Assembly (NCBI GenBank): GCA_964413475.1
Contig: CAYPSU010000002.1
Span: 8,562-72,561, forward strand
Direction: 5' to 3'
DNA length: 64,000 bases
DNA from: an uncultured Polaromonas sp.
Lineage (GTDB): Bacteria > Pseudomonadota > Gammaproteobacteria > Burkholderiales > Burkholderiaceae_C
This document shows, one piece after another, positions 49,194-60,261 of the stretch. A program made the position numbers and the translations under genes. The notes under the pieces are model-generated. The model saw only the letters and a program-made list of their open reading frames with translations, was not told where the DNA came from and searched no databases. Within the stretch, counting starts at the first letter, position 1. The number at the start of each line of letters is the position of its first letter.

Positions 49194-49391
49194 TCAAGCG
49201 TTCGGGTGATCCGTACGGCGTGCCTCGGTCGTTTCGGTGGGGCTGGATCCGTCTTGCGCCTGGGCCTGGGCCGCTTCACGCGCTTTTCTCTCGGCCACGC
49301 TCCTGCCATGCGCCTGCCTCGCATCGCGAATTTGCCAGATGCCCCAAATCAGCACCAACCCAAAAATGCCCAGTTCCAGCCAGATGCCCAT
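49194..49391 (-). CDS. Small single-TM hypothetical protein (65 aa)
   Basis: GGAGG RBS, hydrophobic N-terminus WLELGIFGLVLIWGIW, charged tail. Confidence 0.6.
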   Translation of the reverse strand: MGIWLELGIFGLVLIWGIWQIRDARQAHGRSVAERKAREAAQAQAQDGSSPTETTEARRTDHPNA

Positions 49392-49675
49392 TGAATCCTC
49401 CCGGGGCTGCGTCGCTCCGATGACACCCGGATTCTTTCACGCTTGCGATGCCGTGCGTGATGGACTGATTCAGGCGGGCATCGGTGTCGCCGCCCGACTC
49501 GACCGTTTGGCGGTCCTGGACATCGGCGCGAAGGGCCTGTCGATTGCAAGCGTCCGCTATGGCGTTATCAGGGTGCCGATGGTTGCCGTCGCGCTGATGG
49601 TGCCCCGCTGCTCCGGCGGGTCCGGTGCATGGCGGCCGCATTCACCGCTCACTGCTTCGGGGTCAGCCGTGCTGA

Positions 49676-50173
49676 TCAAGTGCGTTCGTAGCTCACAAAG
49701 CTGTAGTTCAGACCGCTGCTTGACTGTGCCAACTGGCGCGCGGTTTCGCGCCATTGCGACCCGAGTCGCGGCGCAAAAGCATCGCCCTGAAACTCTTGAT
49801 GGATTTCGGTCACTTCCACCCGCTGGGCCATGGGCAGGGCTTGAGCATAGATCTGTGCCCCGCCGATGATCCACACCTGCTCGAGCCCCGCACACAGTTC
49901 CAGGGCCTGCTGCAGGCTGTCTGCCTGCTCCGCACCGCGGGCCCGCCACGATGGCTGACGCGTGAGCACGATGTTGCGCCGCCCCGGCAAAGGCTTGAAT
50001 CGATCCGGCAGCGAGTCCCAGGTTTTGCGTCCCATGATCACCGGATGGCCCTGGGTCAGGGCGCGAAAGCGGGCCAGATCTTCGGGCAGGTGCCAGGGCA
50101 TTTGGCCCTGATGTCCGATCACCCGGTTGGCCCCTTGCGCGTAGATCAGCGCGATGCGAGGCTTGGCGAGCAT
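49676..50173 (-). CDS. folA: Dihydrofolate reductase
   Basis: VIG..GQMPWHLPEDL, IMGRKTWDSLP..PLPGRRNIV, IIGGAQIY; coupled to thyA. Confidence 0.95.
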   Translation of the reverse strand: MLAKPRIALIYAQGANRVIGHQGQMPWHLPEDLARFRALTQGHPVIMGRKTWDSLPDRFKPLPGRRNIVLTRQPSWRARGAEQADSLQQALELCAGLEQVWIIGGAQIYAQALPMAQRVEVTEIHQEFQGDAFAPRLGSQWRETARQLAQSSSGLNYSFVSYERT

Positions 50174-51003
50174 CAGACCGCCACCGGCGCCTTGATGGCC
50201 GGATGGTGCTCGTAGCCCACCACCTCGAAGTCCTCAAAGGCGTAGTCGAACAGGCTGGCTGGCCGGCGCTTGATCACCAGTCTGGGATAGGGCAGGGGCG
50301 TGCGCGAGAGCTGTAGATCCACCTGTTCCTGGTGGTTGCTGTAAATGTGGCAATCGCCGCCGGTCCAGATGAAGTCGCCCACTTCCAGGTCGCACTGTTG
50401 GGCCACCATATGGGTGAGCAGGGCGTAGCTGGCAATGTTGAACGGCACGCCCAGGAAAATATCGGCACTGCGCTGATAGAGCTGACAGCTCAGCCGTCCG
50501 GGCTGACCCTTTTGACCCGGGGCCACGTAGAACTGGAAGAAGGCGTGACAGGGCATGAGCGCCATCTTGGACAGTTCGGCCACGTTCCAGGCGCTGACGA
50601 TGATGCGGCGGGAATCGGGGTTGGATTTCAGGGTCTTGATGACATCAGCAATCTGGTCGATGTGTCCGCCATCGGGCGTGGGCCAACTGCGCCATTGCAC
50701 ACCGTAGACCGGCCCCAAGTCACCGTCTTCGCGGGCCCATTCGTCCCAGATGCTCACCCCGCGCTCACGCAGCCAGTTGTTGTTGCTCGAGCCCTGGAGG
50801 AACCAGAGCAGTTCGTAGATGATGCTCTTGAGGTGTACTTTCTTGGTGGTCACCAGCGGAAAGCCCTGCCGCAGATCAAATCGCATCTGATAGCCAAAAA
50901 CGCTTTTGGTGCCGGTGCCGGTGCGATCCGGTTTGAACACGCCGTGGGTGTCGACATGTCGCATGAAGTCTTCGTACTGCGAAAAAACAAGTGGGGTATT
51001 CAT
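50173..51003 (-). CDS. thyA: Thymidylate synthase
   Basis: DRTGTGT, FPLVTTK, ELLWF, DSRR, PCH, QRSAD..LGVPFN, HIYSNH. Confidence 0.97.
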   Translation of the reverse strand: MNTPLVFSQYEDFMRHVDTHGVFKPDRTGTGTKSVFGYQMRFDLRQGFPLVTTKKVHLKSIIYELLWFLQGSSNNNWLRERGVSIWDEWAREDGDLGPVYGVQWRSWPTPDGGHIDQIADVIKTLKSNPDSRRIIVSAWNVAELSKMALMPCHAFFQFYVAPGQKGQPGRLSCQLYQRSADIFLGVPFNIASYALLTHMVAQQCDLEVGDFIWTGGDCHIYSNHQEQVDLQLSRTPLPYPRLVIKRRPASLFDYAFEDFEVVGYEHHPAIKAPVAV

Positions 51004-51092
51004 CGTCGATGCTGGCCGCTGCAAGGGTTGTGGGTCATTGTAGGAGCCGTGTCCTTGCGGTGATGGAGCGCCTGTCGGACCCGGGCAATGCG

Positions 51093-52523
51093 CTAGCGGG
51101 ACAGGACGCGTCCAGGATTGAAGAGCCCCTGCGGATCCAGGGCCTGTTTGATGGCGCGCATCATTTGCAGGGCCACCGGACTCTTGTGATGGGCCAGTTC
51201 TCCCACCTTGAGCGAGCCGATCCCGTGCTCGGCGGAAATCGAGCCGCCGAAGGCCTGCACCGAGGCATAGACCAGCGCATTGACCCGCGATTCCTGGGTC
51301 TGCAAAAACAGCTTGGCATCCTGACCCTCGGGCGCCTGCACATTGAAATGCAGGTTGCCATCGCCCAAGTGGCCGAAATTGACCAGTCGCACTCCGGCAA
51401 TTTCGCGGGCCAGCAGAGACTCGGTGTGGCGTACAAACTCACCGATGCGTGAGATGGGTACCGAGATGTCATGCTTGATGTTGAGCCCCTCTTCTGCCTG
51501 AGCCAATGGGATGGCCTCCCGGATGTGCCAGAGGGCACGGGCCTGTGTCTGGCTTTCGGCCACCACCGCATCGCCAATGATCCCCTGTTGCAGGGCCCGA
51601 TCCAGAAGGTGCTCCAAAGCCTGCCGAGCGTGCTCGCTCGACTCCTGGTCTGACTGCTCTAGCAGCACGCAATAAGCACTGTCTTGATAGAGCGGTACGC
51701 GTAACTGCTGGAAATGCCGGGCCACCAAGCTCAGCGCAAAACGCCCCATCACCTCAAAGCCTGTCAGACCCGATCCCAAATGCGTCTGGGCCAGCCCCAG
51801 CAAGGCGACAGCCTGCTCCATGTCGGGGACGGCCACCCAGGCGGTCATTTGCGCGGCCGGCTGCGGGTACAGCTTGAGCGTTGCAGCGGTGATCACCCCC
51901 AGCGTGCCTTCGCTGCCGATGAACAGGTCGCGCAGGTCGTAGCCGGTGTTGTCCTTGCGCAGACCCTGAAGACTGTCCCAGACCAGCCCCTGGGCATTGA
52001 CCACCTGCAGACCCAGGCATAAGTCTCGGGCGTTGCCGTAGCGCAGCACCTGTGTGCCCCCGGCGTTGGTACCCAAATTACCCCCCACGGTGCAACTGCC
52101 TTCGGCCGCCAGACTCAAGGGAAACAGCAGGCCCTGCTCTTGTGCCGCCATCTGCAGAACCTGCAAGACACATCCGGCCTCGACGGTGGCCGTCATGTTG
52201 GCCTTGTCGATCGCCAGTACCCGGTTCATGCGCTGCAGGCTTAACACCACTTCAGTCCCGCTCTCGTCGGGCGTCGATCCCACCACAAGGCCGGTATTGC
52301 CGCCCTGGGTGACGATGGGCGCACCTTGCCGAGCGCAGGCCTGCACCACCCGCGCCACCTGATCGGTGTTCGCCGGTCGCACCACGGCCCGTGCCTTGCC
52401 ACGTCGGCGCTTGCGCCAGTCGGACTCCCAGGCCGACAGATCACCCTGGGTCAAGACATGCTCGGCCCCGCAGATCTCGGTCAAGGCTGTGATCAGATCC
52501 TGGCCCCGTTCCGCCCGGTTCAT
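51093..52523 (-). CDS. FAD-binding oxidase (D-2-hydroxyacid dehydrogenase/GlcD-like)
   Basis: [45 protein letters not shown]. Confidence 0.9.
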   Translation of the reverse strand: MNRAERGQDLITALTEICGAEHVLTQGDLSAWESDWRKRRRGKARAVVRPANTDQVARVVQACARQGAPIVTQGGNTGLVVGSTPDESGTEVVLSLQRMNRVLAIDKANMTATVEAGCVLQVLQMAAQEQGLLFPLSLAAEGSCTVGGNLGTNAGGTQVLRYGNARDLCLGLQVVNAQGLVWDSLQGLRKDNTGYDLRDLFIGSEGTLGVITAATLKLYPQPAAQMTAWVAVPDMEQAVALLGLAQTHLGSGLTGFEVMGRFALSLVARHFQQLRVPLYQDSAYCVLLEQSDQESSEHARQALEHLLDRALQQGIIGDAVVAESQTQARALWHIREAIPLAQAEEGLNIKHDISVPISRIGEFVRHTESLLAREIAGVRLVNFGHLGDGNLHFNVQAPEGQDAKLFLQTQESRVNALVYASVQAFGGSISAEHGIGSLKVGELAHHKSPVALQMMRAIKQALDPQGLFNPGRVLSR

Positions 52524-52903
52524 ATTGCAGTCTCCGAGGCCGTCCGAAGTTTGGCCTGCTTCAGTCGGATGCGCACGTGCAGAGCGCAGGCGGTAAACAG
52601 GCTCAGGCACAACACCACTTCGATCAGACCCAGCCAATTGCCGGGAGGCTGGTCGCTCCACGCGCGCACCACCCCTTCGGTGAAATACAACCAGACCATC
52701 AGGCTCACCCACCGGTAGGTGTAGAGCTTTCTTTTGAGCAGACCGGCCAGGGGCACACAAAGCGGCAGCACCTTGAGTGCCAGCAAAGAGCCGCCGGGCC
52801 GAATCGGCGCCAGCCACATCTCCCAGAGCAGGCCCAGGGTGATCAGGCCCAATAAGCTGCCGACAGCGAGCCAGCGGGTGAGGTCGACCGAAGGGTGATG
52901 CAT
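52520..52903 (-). CDS. DUF2069 membrane protein
   Basis: WEMWLAPIRPGGS.L.LK.LPL, YTYRW, YFTEGVVR. Confidence 0.82.
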   Translation of the reverse strand: MHHPSVDLTRWLAVGSLLGLITLGLLWEMWLAPIRPGGSLLALKVLPLCVPLAGLLKRKLYTYRWVSLMVWLYFTEGVVRAWSDQPPGNWLGLIEVVLCLSLFTACALHVRIRLKQAKLRTASETAI

Positions 52904-52924
52904 GGGGATGGCATGATACCGGCC

Positions 52925-54124
52925 ATGCCTGAACCTTCCATTGTTCGGGGTCTGCTCCTGTTTCCGTGGCGTCAGACCTTTATGACCTTGCGTGAACGAT
53001 TCCGCGAGGATCGCCTGGGCTTGAGTGCGAGCAGCCTGACTTTCACCACATCGATTGCGCTGGTGCCTTTCTTCACCGTGGTCCTGGCGGTATTCACCGT
53101 CTTCCCGGTCTTCGCCAAGATGCAGGGCCATCTGCAGGCCTGGCTGGTCGAGAGTTTGGTGCCGGAGCATATGGCCCGGCAGGTCATGGCTTATCTGACG
53201 CAGTTCACACGCCAGGCCAGCCGGCTCGGGGGTGTGGGCCTGGCGGTTCTGGCCTTGACCGTCACGGCTTTGGTGCTGACGATCGATCGCACGCTGAACG
53301 CCATCTGGCGGGTGCCCCGAAGTCGGCCACTGGCTCAGCGATTGCTGGTTTACTGGGCGGCCATCACGCTCGGGCCCTTGCTGCTGGCTGCCAGCTTGGC
53401 CGCGACCGCTCAGACACTGACCTTCTTAGGGCTCTCGAATGCGAGCGGCCGATGGGTGGCGCAGTTGATCGAGGGCCTGGAGTTTGTCTTGCATGCCGGG
53501 GCATTGGCTGCCTTGTTTCGTTACATGCCCAATACCTATGTGCGCTGGGCGCATGCGTGGATCGCAGGACTGTTCGCAGCGGCCGGTTTGGCGCTGGCCA
53601 AGCTGCTGCTCGCTCTTTATCTCAAGGCGGTTCCGACCTACTCGCTGGTTTACGGCGCTTTTGCGACGGTTCCGATTCTGCTGATGTGGATTTACCTGGC
53701 CTGGATCATTGTGCTGGTGGGAGCTGTGGTTTGCGCCTATCTCCCCAGCCTTCTGGCTGGGCATATTCGGGCGGTATCGGCGCCAGGCTCTGCTTTCGAA
53801 ATGGCTTTGGCGTGCCTGCAGCACTTACACCGGGCTCGCGCATCGGGCCCGCCGCACGGGATGACTGCGCGGGAGCTGGCTTTCAAGCTGCGAATCGACC
53901 CGCTGCAGTTACAGCCGGTCTTGCAGGCGCTCAGGCAACTGGACTGGATTGCGGCGACCGACCCTCGCATGGGCGACGAGCAGATCTGGATTTTCTTGGC
54001 CGACCCTGATCAAACGGTCATGGCGCCCTTGGTTGAGGCCCTGTTGCTTGAATGCAGTCCCGCCACCGAAAGGTTTTGGCAGGGCAGCGGCTGGCAGACG
54101 ATGCGTTTGCGATCGATTCTTTAA
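52925..54124 (+). CDS. YihY/virulence factor BrkB family inner-membrane protein
   Basis: ASSLTFTT..ALVP, LNAIWR, YWAAITLGP, YGAFA..PI..MWIY. Confidence 0.9.
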   Translation: MPEPSIVRGLLLFPWRQTFMTLRERFREDRLGLSASSLTFTTSIALVPFFTVVLAVFTVFPVFAKMQGHLQAWLVESLVPEHMARQVMAYLTQFTRQASRLGGVGLAVLALTVTALVLTIDRTLNAIWRVPRSRPLAQRLLVYWAAITLGPLLLAASLAATAQTLTFLGLSNASGRWVAQLIEGLEFVLHAGALAALFRYMPNTYVRWAHAWIAGLFAAAGLALAKLLLALYLKAVPTYSLVYGAFATVPILLMWIYLAWIIVLVGAVVCAYLPSLLAGHIRAVSAPGSAFEMALACLQHLHRARASGPPHGMTARELAFKLRIDPLQLQPVLQALRQLDWIAATDPRMGDEQIWIFLADPDQTVMAPLVEALLLECSPATERFWQGSGWQTMRLRSIL

Positions 54125-54156
54125 GGGCCCAGGGCCAGGCCTGGGGGCAGCCCTGC

Positions 54157-55242
54157 CTATCTGAGCCTCAGAGGGGCTGCATAGCCAGTCATCTCGAGGT
54201 AACCCAGGCCCAGCCGCTGTCCCCGGCTGTCGCGTATTTCGCTCAGACCTTCCCAATAGATGGCGCCCGTACTGCTGCGACTGTCGAGCTCTTGGTTGTC
54301 GAGCAGGGCCACGACGCGGTAGTGGCCACCAGGGGTCTCGATGCGCCAGTGGACCGGATAGCGGGCCTTGGACATCGGGCTGACCCAGTGGGTGAGGGGG
54401 TCCATCCGAATGTCTTGGGCGGCAAAGTTGCGCAGAACGCCGTCTGCGCTGCGAAACGATCCGCCGGCCCACAAGGCGCTGCCATCGGCACGGCGCAAGC
54501 GGAAGGCGGTCAGGGCGCCGCCATCCTCGAAATTCATGCCGATCCAGTCCCAGCCCACAGCTTCGGGATGCAAGATTTCCTCGCTCCATTCTTGATCCAG
54601 CCAGGCACGGCCTTCGATGGGCACTTTCTTGCCCTTCAGGCCAATCCATCCGCGAGCGGCCAACTGCGGCTGACTGTAGTAGTAGCTGGCCTGCTTGGGC
54701 TCTGGACCTTTGCGCGAGAGCCCCTGCTGTCCCTGCAGCAGCAGCGGCTGCGTGGTTTTGAAGCTCAGGTCCAGCGCGATCTCCCGGGCTGGCAAAAGGG
54801 CGCGATAGGTGCTGGCCTCTACCGGTCCTTCGCGCCTGAGCTGCCAGCGATCCAGGCGCAGATCGGTGTCATGGGTGGCGGCCTGTGCCAGTCCGAAGCC
54901 TTCGCGTGCGATAGCTTGGTCATGCCAGAGTCGGCCTTCCTGTAGGTCAGTGACCGCCACATGCGCGAAGATCAATTGCCGCGCCGCAAAACGTGAACGG
55001 ATGCTTTGCGCCTCGTCAACCCGGGTGCGAAAGAAGGTCAGTTGAAAGCCCAGCATGAGGCCATCGGGGGATCGACCGTAGCCTGTGATGTACCACCACT
55101 CGGTGCGCAACGAGGGATGGGCTCCGAAGTCACGCGGGAAGGTCAGGCGTTGCGAGGGCAGGGCATGAGCGGCCCGCAGGCCTGGACCGACCAGCATCGA
55201 TTGGGCCGCAATGCCCAGCAGCAAACGGCGGCTGGGGCCCAT
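54157..55242 (-). CDS. Secreted lipocalin-like/AttH (CrtC-like) protein with Tat-like leader
   Basis: SRRLLL leader, FPRDFGAHP..EWWY, SYYYS, WLDQEWS, GWDW, YWEG, GYLEMTGY. Confidence 0.82.
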   Translation of the reverse strand: MGPSRRLLLGIAAQSMLVGPGLRAAHALPSQRLTFPRDFGAHPSLRTEWWYITGYGRSPDGLMLGFQLTFFRTRVDEAQSIRSRFAARQLIFAHVAVTDLQEGRLWHDQAIAREGFGLAQAATHDTDLRLDRWQLRREGPVEASTYRALLPAREIALDLSFKTTQPLLLQGQQGLSRKGPEPKQASYYYSQPQLAARGWIGLKGKKVPIEGRAWLDQEWSEEILHPEAVGWDWIGMNFEDGGALTAFRLRRADGSALWAGGSFRSADGVLRNFAAQDIRMDPLTHWVSPMSKARYPVHWRIETPGGHYRVVALLDNQELDSRSSTGAIYWEGLSEIRDSRGQRLGLGYLEMTGYAAPLRLR

Positions 55243-57791
55243 CACCAGTCCTCCTTGACAGCCATCACCGCCTCGCCGCTGGCGGCCGCGCGTCCGGCCA
55301 GCCAGGCGGTGAGGGTGCCGGCTGCCATCACGGCCAAGGCCAGGGTCAGCAAGGCCCACCAAGGGATGTGCAGGTCCATGGTCCAGCGAAAGCTCTGGGG
55401 GTTGATTACATGCACAAGAACGAGGGATACCCCCAGGCCCAGCAAGATGCCGGCCAGAGCGCCCACCCCGGTCCAGGCCAGACCCTCGCCGGCCACCACG
55501 GCCAGCACCTGGCCCCGCCGCAGGCCCAGGTGGGCCAACAGGCCAAATTCCTTGCGCCGGGCCAGTACCTGGGCACTGAAACTGGCGGCCACGCCGAAAA
55601 GACCGATGCCAATAGCCACGGCCTGCAGCCAATAGGTCACCGCAAAGCTGCGGTCGAACACGCGCAGTGAAATGGCCCGAATCTGCGCGCTTGAGGCCAT
55701 CTCAAGCCCAGGCGGTGGCGCCGATCCCAAAGCCGTCTGCAGACGCTCGGTGATGGCCTGCCGGGTCACCGATTCGTCTTGGCCGGGGGTCAGCCACAGC
55801 GCCAGATCATTGATGCGGACATCTCCGGTCAGGGCCCGGTAGTCGCGTTCGTCCATCATCACCGCGCCAAACTGACGGGCGTAGTCACGCCATATGCCCG
55901 CCACAAAAAGACGCTGCCGCCCCTCCAGGCCTAGCGCTCGCTCCAGAATCGGCAGGTTTTGCCCCGGCCGCGCCTGGTACAGGTCGACCATCGCCTCACT
56001 GACGTATACCGCGCGCTGCCCGGCCGGCACGGGCAGGGCCTGACCGAGCAGCGGCAGCTGCCGTTCCGGCTCGCTGAGGTCTCGCGCAATCAGGCTGACA
56101 GCGGGCTGGCCGGTTTGCAGCGTCAAGGCGGTCACGCGCAAAGTGTCAAGCCGAGCCACTCCCGGAACTTGACGCAGGGCCTCGATCACAAGCGGCTCGA
56201 AGTACACCGTGTCAGCTGCTGATGAATTGCTGCTACTGCGCAGGTACAGGTCGGCCGGTAGCACCACATCGAGCCACTGACTGACCGACACCCGAAAACT
56301 GCTGACCATCACCGTCAGCGCCACCGCCAGGCTCAGGGCGGCTACCACGCCGCTGACGGCTACCGTTGCGCTTTCTCGCACCCGTCCGGCCCTTTCGATG
56401 GCCAGCATCGGCAGCAGGCGATGGCCCAGCCAGTGCCGGGCGGGACGGTGCATCAGGGCGATCAGGCCGGGCAAGGCGGTGATGCCACCGACCAGCATCA
56501 GGGCCACCGATGCGTAGGCTCCCAATGCCATGCCGCCGATGGGGGGCAGCAGGGCCAGCAGGACGCTGCTGCCCAAAAGCGCCAGGCTCCAGCCCAGGCG
56601 ATGAGCCCTCTCGGAGTTCAGGCCCAGGCCTTTGAGGGTTTGGGCTGGCGGCAGCGCCGCAGCGGCGCGGGCGGGCCACCACCCCCCCAGGACGGCCGCC
56701 AGCACGCCCAGGCTGCCGTAGGCCCAGGCGGCGCCGTTGCTCCACTGCAAGGTGGGCTCAGTGCCGGGGAAATAACCGCCGCCCAGATCGCCGCCCAGAA
56801 CGCGCAGGCCCAGCGCGGCCAGCCCGGTGCCCAGGGCCAACCCGGCCAAGCTGCCGGCCGCGCCCAGCACCAGCGATTCGCACAGGACCCACTGCAAGCG
56901 CTGTTGTCGACCCAAACCCAGCACCCCCAGAAGGGCCAGCTGGGACGAGCGCTTGGCTACGCTGAGCCAGAGCACGGAGAACACCAGAAAGGCCCCGGTG
57001 AACAGGGCCACCAGGGCCAGTACCGTGAGGTTGACGCGGTAGGCCCGCGACATGGCGCTGATACGGGAGCTCGCTTCGGCCGGTTCGATGGCCAGCAGGC
57101 GCTGCGGCCAGCCCGGCTGCTGGCGCCATTGCGCTAAAACGCCCTCGCGCGTGGCACCGGGTTGCAAGCGAACATCGATGCGCGAGAGCTCCCCAGCGCG
57201 GCCAAACAGGTCCTGCGCGGCCCCCAGATCCATGACCGCCAGGGGCGGCCCCTCAGCGGCCACGCGGCCAGCCACGACCACTTCGACCACTCGGCTGCCC
57301 GCCTGCAGCCTCAAGGGGGCATGGCCCAGCTTTTGTTGCGCGGCCGCATTGAGGAACACGGTGGCTGGCGCAAACAGCGACAGGCGGCCAGCGCCTTCCC
57401 TGGGTTGGGGCAGCCAGCCGGGCGAAATTTGCGCCGCCCGCAGCACATCAAGGCCGAGCACGCGCAGTTGGATCTTGTGTTCGCCCACCTGCGCATAGGT
57501 GGCCAGCTCCAGCACCGGGCTGGCCACTGCCACCTGTTGAGCTTGCGCCACCAGCGGGTAGACGGTCTCATCGAGGCCGCCTTGCGGAGCCCGCACCTCG
57601 AGGTCGCTTTGCCCGCCGATCGATCGACTCGCCTGCGAGAACTCGCTGAGGGCCGAGGCATTGATCAGATGCACTGAAAAGGCCAATGCCACTCCCAGCA
57701 TGACAGCCAGGATGGCAGCGCCGTGGCGCCATGGGTGGTGACGCAACTCCGGCCAGGAGGCGGTGCGCAACAGTTCGGGCAGCAGGATCAA
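55242..57791 (-). CDS. FtsX/MacB-like ABC permease (AttF/G-like)
   Basis: Duplicated periplasmic + 4-TM architecture, LGVAL..SV.LIN, INPQSFRWT; 849 aa; start approximate. Confidence 0.88.
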   Translation of the reverse strand: MILLPELLRTASWPELRHHPWRHGAAILAVMLGVALAFSVHLINASALSEFSQASRSIGGQSDLEVRAPQGGLDETVYPLVAQAQQVAVASPVLELATYAQVGEHKIQLRVLGLDVLRAAQISPGWLPQPREGAGRLSLFAPATVFLNAAAQQKLGHAPLRLQAGSRVVEVVVAGRVAAEGPPLAVMDLGAAQDLFGRAGELSRIDVRLQPGATREGVLAQWRQQPGWPQRLLAIEPAEASSRISAMSRAYRVNLTVLALVALFTGAFLVFSVLWLSVAKRSSQLALLGVLGLGRQQRLQWVLCESLVLGAAGSLAGLALGTGLAALGLRVLGGDLGGGYFPGTEPTLQWSNGAAWAYGSLGVLAAVLGGWWPARAAAALPPAQTLKGLGLNSERAHRLGWSLALLGSSVLLALLPPIGGMALGAYASVALMLVGGITALPGLIALMHRPARHWLGHRLLPMLAIERAGRVRESATVAVSGVVAALSLAVALTVMVSSFRVSVSQWLDVVLPADLYLRSSSNSSAADTVYFEPLVIEALRQVPGVARLDTLRVTALTLQTGQPAVSLIARDLSEPERQLPLLGQALPVPAGQRAVYVSEAMVDLYQARPGQNLPILERALGLEGRQRLFVAGIWRDYARQFGAVMMDERDYRALTGDVRINDLALWLTPGQDESVTRQAITERLQTALGSAPPPGLEMASSAQIRAISLRVFDRSFAVTYWLQAVAIGIGLFGVAASFSAQVLARRKEFGLLAHLGLRRGQVLAVVAGEGLAWTGVGALAGILLGLGVSLVLVHVINPQSFRWTMDLHIPWWALLTLALAVMAAGTLTAWLAGRAAASGEAVMAVKEDW

Positions 57792-57999
57792 GGGCGGGGA
57801 TGGGCAGGTGCGGGAGACAAATCAAGGCACTCTGGCCGAAGAGCTTGGGTGCAGGGGCGCGTCAGCGTGGGCAGTCGCCGTTGAAAGCCAGAACCAGAGG
57901 ATGAAGGCCAGAAGGACCGACGATGTTATCGCGCCGACCCGCGTCTCGGGGGCGGGCGGGCTTTGTCACACCGCGGGCCGCCAGCCGCGAGAATACGGC

Positions 58000-58401
58000 A
58001 TGAGCCTCGCCCTCCTGGCTGACCTGGTTTTGCTGCTGCACCTGACAGTTGTGCTGTTCGTGGTGATGGGTTTGCCCGCGGTGGTGATCGGTCACCGCAG
58101 GGGCTGGCTCTGGGTCAACCGTCTGGGCTGGCGACTGGCTCATCTGGTGGCCATCGGTGTGGTGGTGCTGCAGGCCTGGCTGGATCGCTATTGCCCCTTG
58201 ACGGTTCTGGAGTCGTCTTTGCGCGCCCGCGCCGGCCAGCCGATCTACGAGCGCAGCTTTATGGCCCATTGGGCGCAGGCCTTGCTCTACTACGACGCAC
58301 CCCTGTGGGTGTTTGCGACGATTTACACCCTTTTTGGTGCAGGCGTGGTGTGGGCCTGGTTTGCCTATCCGCCGCAGAGCGCAGCAAGGCCATTGCCCTG
58401 A
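58000..58401 (+). CDS. DUF2784 family membrane protein
   Basis: LADLVLLLH, R.AHL, CPLT.LE..LR, SF..HW...LLYY. Confidence 0.8.
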   Translation: MSLALLADLVLLLHLTVVLFVVMGLPAVVIGHRRGWLWVNRLGWRLAHLVAIGVVVLQAWLDRYCPLTVLESSLRARAGQPIYERSFMAHWAQALLYYDAPLWVFATIYTLFGAGVVWAWFAYPPQSAARPLP

Positions 58402-58423
58402 GCGGGTTGGCCGGTGGCTGCCC

Positions 58424-59107
58424 TCAGGCCGGTCGCAGACCGCTGGCGGTCAAGCGCAGCACGCGGTCGGCTCGCCCTGCGGCCTGCTCCGAATGCGTGA
58501 CCAGAACCAGGGCCGATCCTTGCGAGCGAGTCTGCGCCATCAGCGCGTCCATCACCGCGCTGGCCGTGCGCGGATCGAGGTTGCCGGTCGGCTCATCGGC
58601 CAGCAACAGATCGGGTCGATGAACCAAAGCGCGGGCAATGGCCACCCGCTGCAGTTGCCCGCCCGATAGCTGCTGCGGCAGCCTCGTCCCCAAACCCTGC
58701 AGCCCGACCGCCTCGAGCAAGCTGGCCACCCGCTCGGGCTCGCGACGGCCCAGCAGCATCAGCGGCAGCATCACGTTTTGCTGGACGTCCAGATGAGGCA
58801 GCACGTGAAAGGCCTGGAACACAAAGCCCACATGACGGCGACGCAGCAGGGCCCTCTGATCGTCACTCAGAGGGCCGAGGTCCTGGCCGCACAGGACCAC
58901 GCGACCAGCCTCCCAGTGATCGAGCCCGGCCATGCAGTTGAGCAGGGTGGATTTGCCCACACCCGAGTCACCGACGATGGCTACAAATTCGCCCGCAGTC
59001 ACTTCGAGATCGACCCCCTCGAAGACGGCGACCTCTGGGTAGCGCTTGACCAGCCCTTTTATTTGCAAGGGGCAGACTCGCCCGGTCGGCTCGGGGCTTG
59101 CGATCAT
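58424..59107 (-). CDS. ABC ATP-binding protein (LolD/AttE-like)
   Basis: [40 protein letters not shown]; ATGA overlap with miaA. Confidence 0.92.
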   Translation of the reverse strand: MIASPEPTGRVCPLQIKGLVKRYPEVAVFEGVDLEVTAGEFVAIVGDSGVGKSTLLNCMAGLDHWEAGRVVLCGQDLGPLSDDQRALLRRRHVGFVFQAFHVLPHLDVQQNVMLPLMLLGRREPERVASLLEAVGLQGLGTRLPQQLSGGQLQRVAIARALVHRPDLLLADEPTGNLDPRTASAVMDALMAQTRSQGSALVLVTHSEQAAGRADRVLRLTASGLRPA

Positions 59108-60087
59108 GCCGAGCCCCAAAGCGTGTGGACCTGATGCAGCAACCGATCCAGCACCTGCCCTCCATCACAGGCGACCCGCTGGCGCTCGGGCAAGCTGCGC
59201 AGCCAAGTGATTTGCCGCTTGGCCAATTGACGGGTGGCGGCGATGCCCGTTTCAAGCACGCGCTGGCGTTGCGCGTCGTCCAAACGGGGCAGGGCCGCGC
59301 CGGGTGAAGGCCGGCCGTTGGCAGCCTCTAAAAGCACCTGCCAGCCCTGGCGGTAACCCACGCAGCGCATAGAGGGCAGGTCGGCCCGCAACTCAGGCCG
59401 CTGCATCAGGCCCCAGACCTCATCGAGCAAGCCCTGGCTGAGCATCTGCTCAAAGCGAATGGCGATGCGCTGGTGCAGCCAAGCCCGGTCCTGCGGTTCC
59501 AGGCTGAGCATTTGCACCGGCAGACGCTGACTGCTGCCGCCTCTGCGGTGGAAGGCCGACAGGGGCCGCCCCGACACCTGCCAGACCTCCAGCGCACGCG
59601 CAATGCGCTGCGAATCGTTTGGGGGCAGGCGCTGTGCGGTGATCGGATCGACCCGGGCCAGTTGCCCATGCAGGGCGGGCCAGCCCAGGACTCGAGCCTG
59701 TGCAGCGATAGCTTCGCGCACCGTGGGCTCGGCCCTTGGCATCTCGTCAAGCCCTTCGGTCAGGGCCTTGAAGTAGAGCAGGGTGCCGCCCACGAGCAGC
59801 GGATGACGCCCCCGCTGCCGGATTTGTTCAATCCGTTCCAGCGCATCGCGCCGAAACTCCGCTGCGCTGTAGGCTTGAGCCGGATCGCGAATATCAATCA
59901 GGTGGTGCGGCACCGCAGCTCGCTCTTGCGCAGAAGGCTTGGCGGTACCGATCTCCAGGCCGCGATAGACCAGGGCCGAATCCACACTGATGATTTCAAT
60001 CGGCCAGCGCTCTGCCAGGGCCAGGGCAGCGGCCGTCTTGCCCGAGGCGGTTGGGCCGGTCAATGCGATCAGGGGTGGTGGATTCAT
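59104..60087 (-). CDS. miaA: tRNA dimethylallyltransferase
   Basis: [46 protein letters not shown]. Confidence 0.96.
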   Translation of the reverse strand: MNPPPLIALTGPTASGKTAAALALAERWPIEIISVDSALVYRGLEIGTAKPSAQERAAVPHHLIDIRDPAQAYSAAEFRRDALERIEQIRQRGRHPLLVGGTLLYFKALTEGLDEMPRAEPTVREAIAAQARVLGWPALHGQLARVDPITAQRLPPNDSQRIARALEVWQVSGRPLSAFHRRGGSSQRLPVQMLSLEPQDRAWLHQRIAIRFEQMLSQGLLDEVWGLMQRPELRADLPSMRCVGYRQGWQVLLEAANGRPSPGAALPRLDDAQRQRVLETGIAATRQLAKRQITWLRSLPERQRVACDGGQVLDRLLHQVHTLWGSA

Positions 60088-60261
60088 GGACAGGCAAGGA
60101 CCCAACAGGGCGGGTACAAGGGTAGGCCCGTGCGCGGGCATTGGCAGCGCGAGCGCAGGAAGGACGCGTGGAGCGTAGCAGATACCCGTGACCTCCAGAT
60201 CTGCGCCGGGGTCATGCCCTGGGCCAGCAGGTGCTCTCTTACACTGTGGTTTTCAATCGCT

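Noticed and set aside
49237-49869. 210-aa plus-strand ORF
   Set aside because: Overlaps folA and the small TM ORF antisense; no motif support
54157-55242. Carotenoid 1,2-hydratase crtC of a photosynthesis cluster
   Set aside because: Has an export leader and is coupled to an FtsX-like permease, with no crt neighbours; AttH-like context fits better
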